A DNA stretch of 64,000 nt from an uncultured delta proteobacterium (GTDB lineage Bacteria > Desulfobacterota > Syntrophobacteria > BM002), in contig CAVQGX010000020.1 in the NCBI GenBank assembly GCA_963712115.1, positions 128,001-192,000 on the forward strand. The letters are read 5' to 3'. A model generated the notes under the pieces. The model was not told where the DNA came from, made no database searches, and worked only from the letters and a program-made list of their open reading frames with translations. Positions 42,372 to 53,390 of the stretch are shown one piece after another; position 1 is the stretch's first letter; every line of letters starts with the position of its first letter. The translations under genes were made by a program, and so were the position numbers.

Positions 42372-43736
42372 ATGGAAGAGAAGCGAATTCTCGTAATAGA
42401 CGATGAAGAAAACATGCGCCACATGCTGGCTGTGCTCTTGGAGAAAGAGGGCTATCAGGTGGAAAGTGCTGCTAACGGTAAGGAGGGCCTCGGCCTTGCC
42501 TTGGAGAGTTTTTACGACATAATCCTCTGCGATCTGAAGATGCCGGTTATGGACGGAATGGCCTTTCTGCAAAACTTTCAAGATAGCGGCCAGGAATCTA
42601 CCGTAATTGTGATGTCCGCCTATGGAACCCTGGATACGGCAATCGAGGCCATGAAACTGGGGGCTTATGATTATGTGTCCAAGCCCTTCAAAGCCGATGA
42701 AATTCTTCTCACCTTGAGAAAGGCCGAGGAACGGGAGCTACTTCGGAAAGAGAACCGGCTGCTACAGCAGTCAATGCGGGATCGTTACAGCTTCGCCCAG
42801 ATGATTGGCCCCAGCCCGGGCATGCAGGAAATCTTTGCTACCATTGAAAAGGTGGCAGATTACAAAACCTCGGTGCTCATTACCGGAGAGAGTGGTACCG
42901 GCAAGGAGCTCATCGCCCGGGCCATTCATTACAACAGCTCGCGGGCTGACAAGCCTTTGGTTACGGTTAACTGTGGTGCCATTCCCGAAAATCTGCTGGA
43001 AAGTGAGCTTTTCGGCCACAAGAAGGGCGCCTTTACCGACGCAATCAGAGACAAGAAGGGTCTGTTTCAGGAAGCCCATGGGGGTTCAATTTTACTGGAT
43101 GAAATAGGAGAGTTGCCTCGCCAACTCCAAGTGAAGCTTCTCAGGGCACTGCAGGAAGAGGAAATCAAGCGGGTGGGGGATAACCAATCCATTAAAATAG
43201 ATATCCGGGTTATGGCGGCCACCACCAAAGACCTGGCAGAGGAGGTAAAGGGTGGTCGTTTTCGAGATGATCTCTATTATCGCATTAATGTTCTCCACAT
43301 AGCAGTACCGCCCCTCCGTGAACGTCAAGAGGACATCCCCTTGCTGATTCAGCACTTTATTGATAAAACGAGTAAGCGGCTTAACTCGGACGTGACCGGA
43401 GTCAGTCCTGCTGCCGGAAGAGCCCTGCAAGCCTATTCGTGGCCTGGAAACGTAAGGGAGTTGGAAAACATCATCGAACGGGCTATGGTGATGGCTAACG
43501 GTTCTACCATTGGGCGAGAGGATCTGCCCTCTTACTTGCAGCCCCAGGAAGAAACGGTGGAATACTTCACTGATGATGAAAACCTCTCCATAAAAGAGGC
43601 CAGTAGGAAATTGGAAAAAGTGCTCATTCGGAAGGCCCTGGAAAAAACGGCGGGCAACCGGACTCAAGCTGCAAAAATACTGGAAATCAGCCACCCGGCC
43701 CTACTATATAAGATGAAGGACTATGGGCTGGAGTGA
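42372..43736 (+). CDS. sigma54-dependent response regulator (NtrC family, PilR/PilR2-like)
   Basis: REC, GESGTGKE, ESELFGH, GAFTDA, LDEIGE, WPGNVREL, Fis-type HTH. Confidence 0.93.
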   Translation: MEEKRILVIDDEENMRHMLAVLLEKEGYQVESAANGKEGLGLALESFYDIILCDLKMPVMDGMAFLQNFQDSGQESTVIVMSAYGTLDTAIEAMKLGAYDYVSKPFKADEILLTLRKAEERELLRKENRLLQQSMRDRYSFAQMIGPSPGMQEIFATIEKVADYKTSVLITGESGTGKELIARAIHYNSSRADKPLVTVNCGAIPENLLESELFGHKKGAFTDAIRDKKGLFQEAHGGSILLDEIGELPRQLQVKLLRALQEEEIKRVGDNQSIKIDIRVMAATTKDLAEEVKGGRFRDDLYYRINVLHIAVPPLRERQEDIPLLIQHFIDKTSKRLNSDVTGVSPAAGRALQAYSWPGNVRELENIIERAMVMANGSTIGREDLPSYLQPQEETVEYFTDDENLSIKEASRKLEKVLIRKALEKTAGNRTQAAKILEISHPALLYKMKDYGLE

Positions 43737-43786
43737 TATATCTCTGTAAGAGCAAGCTCTGCTTGCCAAAAAGAGGACTTAGAGTA

Positions 43787-43932
43787 CTGGAGTAACTAAA
43801 AATTCCAAATAACAAATTACAAATTCCAAACAAATCACAATGACCAAAATTCAAAATTCCAAGCCTGTTTTGGTCATTTAGTATTGGAATTTGAGATTTG
43901 TTTGTAATTTGGTGCTTGAGATTTGTTATTTT
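43787..43932. repeat. 7-nt-period long hairpin
   Basis: AAATTCC-AAATAAC-AAATTAC-AAATTCC...ATTTGGTGCTTGAGATTTGTTATTT; same family as 22399-22537. Confidence 0.7.
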
Positions 43933-44025
43933 GCAATGCATCATCACTCAATTAATTCAACATTATGAGAAAAAGGTCATTGAAGCCCCCCCGGGGTTGG
44001 CTAAGGGGCACCGAAGAGGTAAATA

Positions 44026-44954
44026 ATGTTCCGTAAAGTAATGACTATTCTTGATGGTAATGGGTATTTTCGCGTTGCAGTCAGCAGGCAGAATATGGGG
44101 ACGATAGGGCAACTTCCGAGTCTGTGGGCGACGGAGCTACCAGAATCAGGTCTGTGTGGATTGAACCGGCAAATCCAGCCAGCAATAATAATCTTACCGC
44201 TGAGGTGCTCGTCCGAGGCGAAACCGGATCTCGGCTGAACTACCAGTGGCTGAGAAACAACGTTCCCATACCTGGAGCCATTCGACAGATTCTTCCCAGC
44301 GAGCAATTTAGCAAGGGAGATTTTGTTTCGGTACAAGTCAGGGTTGCTCAGGCTGGAGGCGACAGAGACCCGGTGACCTCCGATGCGGTCCTCATCGGCA
44401 ACACTCCCCCTGTAGTTGCCTGGGTAGCCATCGGCCCTGCACCGCCCAGTTCCACCAGCAGTCTCGAGGCGGTGGCGAAAGGCAGTGACCTGGACAATGA
44501 TGAACTGAGTTTCTCTTACCAATGGACAGTTAATGGAGAGCCTGTGGTGGGCCCGGAAGGTCCATCCCTGGCCAGCAACTATTTCAAACGTGGCGATCAG
44601 GTAGAAGTAACAGCCGTGCCTTTTGACGGCACTGATTGGGGCCAACCTGGCAGCTCGATCAAGGTGACTATTAGCAACAGTCCCCCGATTATTAAATCCA
44701 CTCCTCCGGGAGAGTTAAGAGAAGGGACCACTTATCGCTACCAGGTTGAGGCAGAAGATGCTGATGGCGATACCCTGAGTTTCTCACTCCAGGGCGAGCC
44801 GCCAAAAGGTATGGTGATCGATGCAAAGACCGGAGTGGTGGAGTGGCAGGTAGTAATCCCCGAAGAGCCGGTAACCTATGTGTACGAAGTGGTGGTGGAA
44901 GACCCCGAAGGAGCCAAGAGTATCCAGAAGGTAACTTTGAAGAATGCTTCATGA
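44026..44954 (+). CDS. exported Ig/cadherin-like repeat protein (N-terminus frameshifted)
   Basis: Three beta-sandwich-like units with YQW, NTPP/NSPP linkers, DLDND and DADGD motifs; signal-like N-terminus from ATG 44026 broken by indels. Confidence 0.65.
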
Positions 44955-45078
44955 TGTAGACTGCATGCGCAAAGAGCATAGAGTTAGGGGCAAAAGGCTT
45001 GAGGCTCAAGGCGCAAGGAGAAATGATTCCGCAGATTGCGGACTGCGTATATTGATTTAGCTAATCGAAGAAATGCTC

Positions 45079-45158
45079 GATGTGGGATGTGAGATCTGAG
45101 ATGTGGGATGGAAGATAGAGGTTAAGGATCCCACATCTCACATCGCATATCTCATATC
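45079..45158. repeat. heptamer inverted repeat (GATGTGG/GATGTGA)n
   Basis: GATGTGG-GATGTGA-GATCTGA-GATGTGG ... CCACATC-TCACATC-GCATATC-TCATATC. Confidence 0.65.
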
Positions 45159-45199
45159 CATAATTTCTCCTGAAAGAAGAAGAATTAATAAGGTGTATA

Positions 45200-46240
45200 A
45201 TGATGACTTTCCGTAGTTCTCTGAAATGGCAGATCGTTCTTCTTGTTGGTCTCATAGGAGGCTTCTACTCAGGCTTTGCCCAGGCAGTTACCCCTGAAGC
45301 CAAGCCGGTTATGGAAATACCATCTCCCCGCCACGACGCCGGCACCCACTGGGAAGGAGAGGTAGTATCCCATGATTTTGAGGTGAGAAATTCCGGTAAT
45401 GGTGAGCTCAAGATTCTCAGCGTGAAACCCGGGTGAGGCTGCTCAGTGGTCCGCTACGATCGGACCATCCCGCCAGGTGGGGTGGGTCAGGTTACTCTTA
45501 CAGGTCAACACCAGTGGTTTCCAGGGCAGACTCACCAAGAATGCGCAGGTGACCACCAATGACCCCAGACAACGGAACAGCAAGATCTACCTTTCCATCG
45601 ATGTCCGCGCCCATATACTTGTGGAGCCGGGGCCCAAGATAATGCTCCAGGGCATTGTTGGCGACGACATTCAAAGTGTGGTCCATATCCGCTCTGCCGG
45701 GAACCAACCATTTGAGATCACCAGGATTGAGACCAATCTGCAATCAGTCATCGATTACAAACTGAATCGCAAGGATGATAGCAACCAGTACACCCTGGAG
45801 GTGGTCAGCAAGGCTGCCGACCAGAAAACCGCCAGTGGATTTCTGACCTTGCACACCAACCATCCCAAGAAGAAGTTAGTTAAGCTATCTGTCCACCTCC
45901 GGGTCAAACCGGAAATTCAGGTCTGGCCCAATAGGGTTGACTTCTATGAGGAATCCAAATCCGGGACCAAAGGGAAAACAAACAAGCGCACCCTCATCGT
46001 AATGAACAACCGGGGCAAGAGCTTTAGGATTAGAGAACTGAACTATAATAGGGACTATTTTCAGGTGCGTTCCTTGGCAAAGAATGACGACCCTGCCAGG
46101 AGATATCAATTTGAAGTAATACCGTTGGCAGATCAGCTGCCTGCGGAAGGTTAGAGTTTCAGGACACCTCGACCATCAGGACAGACAGCGCTAAAGCCGG
46201 GGAACTCAAAATACCGCTGAGTATTAGAATAAAACAATGA
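45200..46240 (+). CDS. secreted DUF1573-like Ig-fold protein with probable selenocysteine (UxC)
   Basis: Signal peptide, HDFEVRNSGNGELKILSVKPG-TGA(45434)-GCSVVRYDRTIPPGGVG; continues via an indel near 45500 into VNTSGFQGRLTKNAQVTTNDP and via further indels to TGA 46240. Confidence 0.72.
45446..45468 (+). promoter_or_regulatory. SECIS-like hairpin
   Basis: Perfect 7-bp stem UGGUCCG-CUACGAU-CGGACCA starting 11 nt after UGA. Confidence 0.55.
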
Positions 46241-46368
46241 CGCATAGCGCAGAGCGAAAAAACAGAGGAGTCATAAGTCAGGAGTCAGAATCCAATAGGC
46301 AAAGAGCAAAGGGCATGGGGTTGAAATCTCCAAATTGTCCTTCCGACTCCCACCGTACATTCTGAATG

Positions 46369-46457
46369 TCCTGCTTTCGCAGGAATGACGATTAAATAAC
46401 CGATTAGATCATTCTGGTCCCGCATCAAGTGCGGGATAAACTCCGGCGGGAATCCAG
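46369..46457. repeat. REP-like palindromic composite, copy 2
   Basis: TCCTGCTTTCGCAGGAATGAC plus 25 bp identical to 10768-10792. Confidence 0.7.
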
Positions 46458-46553
46458 ACGAGATCATTTCAAGTCAATCTGCAATTTGAAATCTAAAATC
46501 TCAAATGTCCTCTGTGCCCTCTCCCCCTGACCAAAAATCCCCCCTTATAGACA

Positions 46554-46679
46554 ATTGAATATCGAACAGCAGAACAAGGAACCGTAGAATCATGAAGTGA
46601 TCACTTCGATATTCGATATTCCTTGTTCGATATTCTGCGGTTTAGAAGCCTGACGGGCAAGCGTAAAACCCGCCCCTAC
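46554..46679. repeat. GAATATC-period hairpin element (no insert) plus GTAG-type REP
   Basis: Reverse complement matches 55030-55202 but lacks the 48-bp GC insert. Confidence 0.75.
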
Positions 46680-46731
46680 TATTATAGATCCCCAATTTGC
46701 TCTCCTCAGCGGCAGAGGAAAAGAATGATCC

Positions 46732-46768
46732 AAAAAAAATCCCCCCTCGATCAGAGGGGGGATTTTTT
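46732..46768. terminator. bidirectional rho-independent terminator
   Basis: A8-TCCCCCCTC-GATCA-GAGGGGGGA-T6 just downstream of the pilY1 stop at 46797. Confidence 0.85.
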
Positions 46769-46796
46769 AATGGGTTATAGAGGAGAAAGTTAATGT

Positions 46797-49700
46797 TTAC
46801 TCTTCCATCCAGTAGGTCTTGCCGGACTTGACCGCACCCGGGTTTGCCTGCTCGATGACCAGGATCGCCCCGGTGCTGGTCTGGACAAAGGCCTTGGTGC
46901 CTTTTTCTCGCCCGGTGTGCATGGCCGGAGAAACGGCAAGTCCCTTACCCAGAGATTGCTTTCTCAATACATCCTTACTGGTGCCATCACCAGGATCAAG
47001 ATTCGCACCATAGCCGATGACCGAACTGCTGAAAGCGGTGCCGGTCTTGTAGTAGGTGGCGTAGAAATAACTGTCACCTTCATTCTGACAGGCGTTGGGG
47101 TCGGGAGCGTAGGTGGTGAAGGTCAAGATGTCTCCCAGCAGTGCGGCCTGGCCCAGATTTCTTTCCCTGATGGCTGAGAAGTGCAATTTCCAGCCGTTGG
47201 GAAAGATGTCAGTGGTCGGAGCCGGATCATTGTCACCAGGATATGGATCTTTCTCCATCTCTTCTTCCAGCGCCATAAAGGTACCCAAGGTGTTATTTTC
47301 CAAATCCTTTACGTCGGTGAAGACAGACCCGTTGTAGTTTTTGATGTTTCCACTCTCGAAAACCACGGTGTCGCTCACATCCATAAGATAAGCGGATGAG
47401 ACTTCCTCCCAGGTCATTTCATTTTCCAGATCGGTGGTGCCGTCGCCATCGGTGTCCTTATTTACATCCACCAGGTTATTTTCGTGGCCGACGGTGTCTT
47501 CCCAGGGTTCCTTGATGCCGTAGTAGGATTGCTGACTGGTGTCGGCCACGTCCGCATAATTGGCAAAGCGGCCGGTGCCGAAAAACACCCAGGTCCGTTT
47601 CTTCCAGTCCATGGCCACCGTGGGTGCGGTGCTTATCGGTTGACCGGTATCAATCAAGATGGAATCCGTATCCCAGGAACTTGGAGAAGTGGGAAGGATG
47701 GTATTCTCCGGGTCACTCAGGACGAGACGCCGCAGTTTGCCTCCCAAAAAACCGGTGGAAGAGAGGGAAACAGTGCCGAAATACATGGCGTCTGTGGCGT
47801 AATCCAGGTCCAGGTCCACGGTGATGAAATCCGATATCTGACTATTGTTGTCAAAGCCGGCACCGTCCTCAAAAGGTCCGGCAGGTGATCCACCCGTTAA
47901 GGCACTGCCGTTGGGGTCTACCAGGGATCCGCTGGCAACCAGGTGTTTCAGGTCAACCATATAGATCCTGGCCTGCTGACTGCTCAGCCCATGTTTCAGG
48001 TCTGAGATGGAGTTAATGGTATCCACCACAATTTTGGGGTCCGTATCCCAGTTATACGAGCCATTGTTGTTCTCGTCATGATATACTCTCTCGCCGTTTG
48101 CGAACCAACCCACAACATTGGTGACGGTGATCAACTTATTAACCGTATCCTTGGAGACAAACTCGGCCCTTGCTCCCGAGGTTTCACCGACCATCAGGTC
48201 TCCCACCGAGAAGGTCTTGGTGTCAGAGGAATACTTGAGCCGTGCCCCATTTGGGCCGGAGCCCAGCACCAGGTACCAGTCGTTGGGGTCGGAGCCGGTG
48301 TCCTTACTCTTTACCACTATGGCACCGGGGTAGCTGGTGGTAAAGCCCAGATCGTCGAAGGAGATCTCCGCCAACAGTTCAGGCGCAATCTCCGGGTTGG
48401 TTATATCCATGACCACGTAGGCGGACTTCATGATCTGATCACCACTTTCATAGATGCCGTCGTGGTCCTTGTCCGTTCTGATCTTGCCGCCACCAAAGCC
48501 CATGCCGCACACCAGAACAGTGCCCCAGCCTCCGGGGTGCGTTCCAGTGGGGCCGTCATCCGCGAAGATCTTGGCATCGAATACTTTCGGCTTGGAATCA
48601 ACGTAGAAGACGTGCTCGTAATTGGGTTTGCCGAACCAGTAGAGGTGGGGCAGCAGGTTAAAGGGTACGTAACCCCACAATTCCGCCCCCAGGTCATAGG
48701 CAGACTCAGAGCCGCCGTAACTCTGTTTACCAAATTCCCACCTACCATCCACAGGGTCGTAGTAGAAAAAGCCTCCATTGAAGGCGTGCAACATGCCGTC
48801 GTTTCCACCCGCGTAGATGACCTTGCGTCTATCCTTGTACTTGAGCCAGAAGTACCGGTAGGAGACGTCAGCATAGAGCAGGTCGTAGTTTTCCGCCGGC
48901 GTTCCCACCAGGGTGGCGGTTGAGCCGATGATGTCCCCGAGCCTGTAGGTGGCGTCCATCGAAGAATCGCCGTCGGAATCATATTTCCGGCTTCTCATGC
49001 TGGTCTGGTCCTTGCCGCGGATGTAATCAATCTGTTTCGTGGCCAGCGTGCCCACTTCAGATAAGGTAAGGGATTTGGTAAATGGCTCTGCCAAGTGGAG
49101 GTAAGGTTTGATGGCATCGAGGTTTTGAGCTGGAGAAGAGGAAAAGGCAATCTTCTCACCACTGTCGGCTACCATGTCGTTGTCCGCGTCAATGAAAGTG
49201 AACACGTACCTGGCTTTGTCCGTGGCGGTGTAGGCTTTATTTTGCAGAATCACAGCGTCACTCAGAAAGTTGAGCCATTTGCTGGCGGACCACAGATACT
49301 TAATGGTATCCAGGCTCTCTTCCGGAGGACTTTGCGCACTCTTTTCGCTCGCGGTTAGCTCACCGTTTCCATCGGTGTCAACGTACTTTTTCAGCACTCC
49401 GGGGTTGAAGGCATCGAATTCGATGACCTTGTCAGTGGCGTTATCCAGAGCCAGGTTGGCGTTGGTATCCTCTCTTAACTCCCCGTATCCGTCCACCAGG
49501 AGAGCGTGCACGTCACCCACCCAGGATACGTTTTTGTACTTGGGGTAGAAGATGGACTGATAGGTGGCGCCCTCGCCCGAGCGCGATGCTGAGAGAACCG
49601 AGGCTGAGGTGCCTGCGGTGGCCCGCTCCAGGATGGCGAGGAAAGCCCGGTTCAAATTCCTCTCCAGAAGCAAAGGATTTTGCACATAGAAGTAATTGTC

Positions 49701-52140
49701 CGGGGTGCCATCCTCGTTTTCGTCCCATTCAGCAGGCAGGTCCGGAACACCGTTGGAGTTGTGGTCCAGGAAGCTTCCCCATTTGGCCGCATACCACAGT
49801 GGGTTTTTCAGCAGTTCCGCCGTGCCGCTGGTACCCGGGGAAAAATATCTGAAGGCCGTCAACGGTAAAGCTGTATTATCATCCCAGGTTCCACCAGGAT
49901 CCTGTCCCGGCGGGGTGTCCAGGAAGTAGTCGACATCACCATTCTCACCGTCAGGTTCATCTATTGCATTGTCGGTATCAGCATCCCTCACCTCCAGATA
50001 GGTGCCATCCTTGGTTGTCCCCGAGATGATGTAGCCCATGTGCTGGATGATACACCCCGAGGCGTACACCCCACCGTCCACGGTGACCAGCACCTGGGTG
50101 CCCTCCTCCGGGGTGGCAGCCTCAGTGTAGTCCGCCTTGAGTACCTGATAGGTATACCTGGCTATGGCGTCCATGTCGTGGTCGGCGGCCTGCTCCACGT
50201 CCTCGAAGTTGATGCGGAACTGACCAGAGGTGGGGGTTATAGCTTTCCACGTAGAAGTCGACGATGGTGTTAGTGGGAGTGAAGGCGTTGTCAGGTTTAA
50301 TGTCGAGACAGCCCCCCACCGATTTGGCGAAGGGAACCAGGGTGATGGTCTTGAGCGGATTTCCCAGGCTGATTTCGATCTTCGGCAAAGGTGATGCCAA
50401 CCCCACGGTGTAGGTCAACACCTTCTGCTCGTTTGTTGCCGAGTTCAAATCCTCCTTATGGCCGTAATAGGCAACAGCAGCGGAATAGTAGCCCCCCTGC
50501 TTGGTGGGCTCCTCCGGGCAGAGACCGCGAACATCTTTCAGGGTGGAGAGGGACTTGGGTGCACAAGAGCTGTCGTAACTCCCACCCTTGTCGCCGATGT
50601 AGTAGTCGCCGGAGATATTTTCATAGGAGGAGATGTCATCCAGCTCCTTCTCGACGTTCAGTTTACTGCCTGAGGTTCCCAGGGTCACTTCCGGCCATTT
50701 GCTGCCGCCCTCGTCTTCGAAATTACTTCCAGGCAGCTGGTCAGCATCGTAGGAAGGGTTGATGTCGCTGATGACCAGCATGAAGGGCTGGCTGCACCAA
50801 CGATCGCTGGGCGAATAGGGGTCATCCCAGGTAGCCTTGGGAAGGCCCAGGCTGACGTCGTCTCCGGTGCTGTAGTCAAACGCGCTTGTGGCTGAACCGG
50901 CACCGGCAAAATACCTCAACCCCTCGTACATCATCTCCGCTGTGGGGTTGCCCCAATCGGGAAACTCCCCTGCGACCATGGCCCGAGTCGTTACCCAGGC
51001 GTCCGGCCAATGGGGCTTGTAGGACTCCTCGTCGTAGACGTAGTTGAAGATCCTTATCTTGTCTATGGTTTTGATGATGCCCTTGACGTTACTGTCATCC
51101 AGGTATTCGAACTCGCCGGTCTGCGAGTCGATTTCATCCGAAATCAAGCTAATGGTCTTGCGCAGGACACCTCCGGCGGTATTTTTGGCATAAGATCCGC
51201 TAATGAGGCCGAAGAGCATCTGCTCGGTCTCGCCATATCGTTGCAGCAAACCAATAGGTTTTTGAGGATCGGTGCTGACACCGAATTTGCCGTCGGTGCC
51301 GGGATAGATTTTACAGTTGCTCTCGAGCCCGGCTGTAAGATCACACACCAAGACCCTGACCGTATAGTCTGTCGGAGACACTGAAGTGCCACCCTCCAGC
51401 TCGTCGCCCGCAACTGGACTTTCCTTGGAGACCCATTGCCAGATCCGTTCGGACCTGTTTTGGAGCAGGCGCAATATGGGTGTGCCGTTATCGGAAAGGG
51501 TGGTGGAGGCGAACAGGTGCCTGGTGCCGGCACTGGGCAGGGCAAGAGGCGAATACTCGGTGATGTCGTAGCCGTCAGTGGCCACGTCCTTGTATTCCTT
51601 TCCCCAGCTGTGGGCATCCTGGGGAACGTAGGCTCTTTGTAATACCGTTTCAGTGGGCGTGTCGGTGGAGCGGTAGCCACCGTAGAGCACCTTGCGCATG
51701 GCGTCCATGCGGGTCATGGTGAGATAGTTCAGGAGATCTCCACTCCATTCACTACCCCCTGAACAGGCCTTGTCATTGGTCCCGGCAGCATTACTTACGC
51801 TGAGGGAGGTGGGCTCAAATCTGCTGTTTTGATAGGTGTAGCACTTGTAGCTGTCGAAGTAGCCGTAGTAGTCTATGTCGTCAGGCTTGTAGCCCACATC
51901 CAGGTCTCCGTCCCCGTCCAAATCAGAGGCGTCGTTATAGGCCTCGTAGTAGAGCTTGTGGTCACGGCCCAGGACGATCATCACCAGGGGGGGGGCGGCT
52001 GCGGTGAGAAAGGGCGGCGTCATGGTATAGTCGCTGTTGTCTTCGTTAGCGGCCGCCAGAACCATGTTGGGACCCAAAGGGTTGGCAAAAGCGCAGATTA
52101 ATCCTGCCAAAACGATAATTAAGGTGATTTTTCTGAACAT
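46797..52140 (-). CDS. pilY1: large PilY1-like type IV pilus tip adhesin B (about 1780 aa, frameshift near 50241)
   Basis: Signal peptide from ATG 52140; VDFYVES continues into ITPTSGQFRINFEDVEQAADHDMD with one T removed; beta-propeller motifs LGDII, GGNDGMLHAF, ELWGYVP, YVD, FFGTG, VQTSTG. Confidence 0.85.
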
Positions 52141-52201
52141 TTTCATGCTCCTATGTATGGCTGCTGATCTCAAGCTCCCACACGGTAAGGGCCGGTTCAG
52201 G

Positions 52202-52843
52202 TTACAACACGTGTCTCCAGCCCAAGCGGATCCTGACTTCCGTGTCGCGAACATCACGACGCTCAGCCCGGACGTCGTAGGTGATCCAGGCGCCTCCGCC
52301 AGCAGCTCCTTTTCCTTTGCCTTCATAGCCGGCTATTAACTGCACCGCACTTCCGGTTGACAGTGTGGTGTTGCCAACAGCCTTGATATTTGTGTGTGGG
52401 TCACTGTTAATCACAGTTCTGGGATAGACAGCATCGCGGTTGATGTCCGACGGTATGCCGTCCATGGGTTCTCGATTCATGTATGGATTGGGGCTTTCGA
52501 GTCTCACGTTTCCTCTGGCCAGAGGATTACTGGGGGAAACGGCGGAGACCCCATCTTCACCAAAATCCCAATCTCTGTCTTCGATATTTTGCTCGATTAA
52601 TTCGCCACCCATTTCGGTAGCGCCATCGGCAGCATAAAATGCTTGCTTATATAATTTGTCATTTCCCGCTATCTGCAGCTCGAAGGTGGTCGTAGTTGTT
52701 GCTGAGATGCCTATGAGAGTTAGTACGACCAGCATTAACAGGGCGACGACCAGCGCACTTCCTCTTTGGTTATTGAGCGGTGAGTGGAAATGGATGCTGT
52801 ATCCTTCGCTATTATTGGTGAACTTCATGTTCAATATCTCCAT
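52202..52843 (-). CDS. pilX: PilX-like minor pilin (cassette B)
   Basis: QRG/SALVVALLMLVVLTLIG, IAGN, AFYAADG. Confidence 0.85.
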   Translation of the reverse strand: MEILNMKFTNNSEGYSIHFHSPLNNQRGSALVVALLMLVVLTLIGISATTTTTFELQIAGNDKLYKQAFYAADGATEMGGELIEQNIEDRDWDFGEDGVSAVSPSNPLARGNVRLESPNPYMNREPMDGIPSDINRDAVYPRTVINSDPHTNIKAVGNTTLSTGSAVQLIAGYEGKGKGAAGGGAWITYDVRAERRDVRDTEVRIRLGWRHVL

Positions 52844-52850
52844 TTAAAGA

Positions 52851-53387
52851 TTAAATGATGTTCGACTTCATAAAGTCTACGACAGCTCTTTTCTGCGTTC
52901 CTCTGTCAGTCCAGACAACAATTATCCGCACAGTTTTGACGTTGTTTAGCGGTTCGTCAACGGCGATGTTCCAGTAGAGGGTATATCTCCCATTTACCTC
53001 TGATTCGTCTGCTATTACGTTTCCACCGCCATCCACCGTGTCATCCAAACCAAAATTACCCCCGTCATTATCGAAGCCATCATCATCGGGGTCCTGGTTG
53101 GTCCCGTTGCTGGCTCCACCACCGTTATCATCCAGGGGATCGTCGTTATCGGCCGTGTCATCATAGGGAAGCCTCATCAATTGTTCCACTTTATCCTGGG
53201 CCAGGCTTATGGCCTCGGTGATGCCAATAGCCTGCGAATTTCCCTTGACTGAAGTGGCCTGCATGGTGGCGATGGCCAGAAGTCCGAAGGCCAAAATGGC
53301 TATAGCAGCGAGAACTTCCAGAAGGGTCAGTCCCCTGTTGCCCATTGATTCTATGGTGAAGCCTCGTTTTCTCTTGCCCTTGAACAT
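52851..53387 (-). CDS. pilV: PilV-like minor pilin (cassette B)
   Basis: RG/LTLLEVLAAIAIL, AQDKVEQL, YWNIAVD, IVVW. Confidence 0.85.
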   Translation of the reverse strand: MFKGKRKRGFTIESMGNRGLTLLEVLAAIAILAFGLLAIATMQATSVKGNSQAIGITEAISLAQDKVEQLMRLPYDDTADNDDPLDDNGGGASNGTNQDPDDDGFDNDGGNFGLDDTVDGGGNVIADESEVNGRYTLYWNIAVDEPLNNVKTVRIIVVWTDRGTQKRAVVDFMKSNII

Positions 53388-53390
53388 TAT

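Noticed and set aside
52141-52326. N-terminal extensions in the ORF track (pilY1-B to 52326, rmlA from 16954, fimT-B to 54778, GT2 to 20381)
   Set aside because: They overlap other genes, repeats or the sigma54 promoter; downstream ATGs fit the family N-termini or RBS better.
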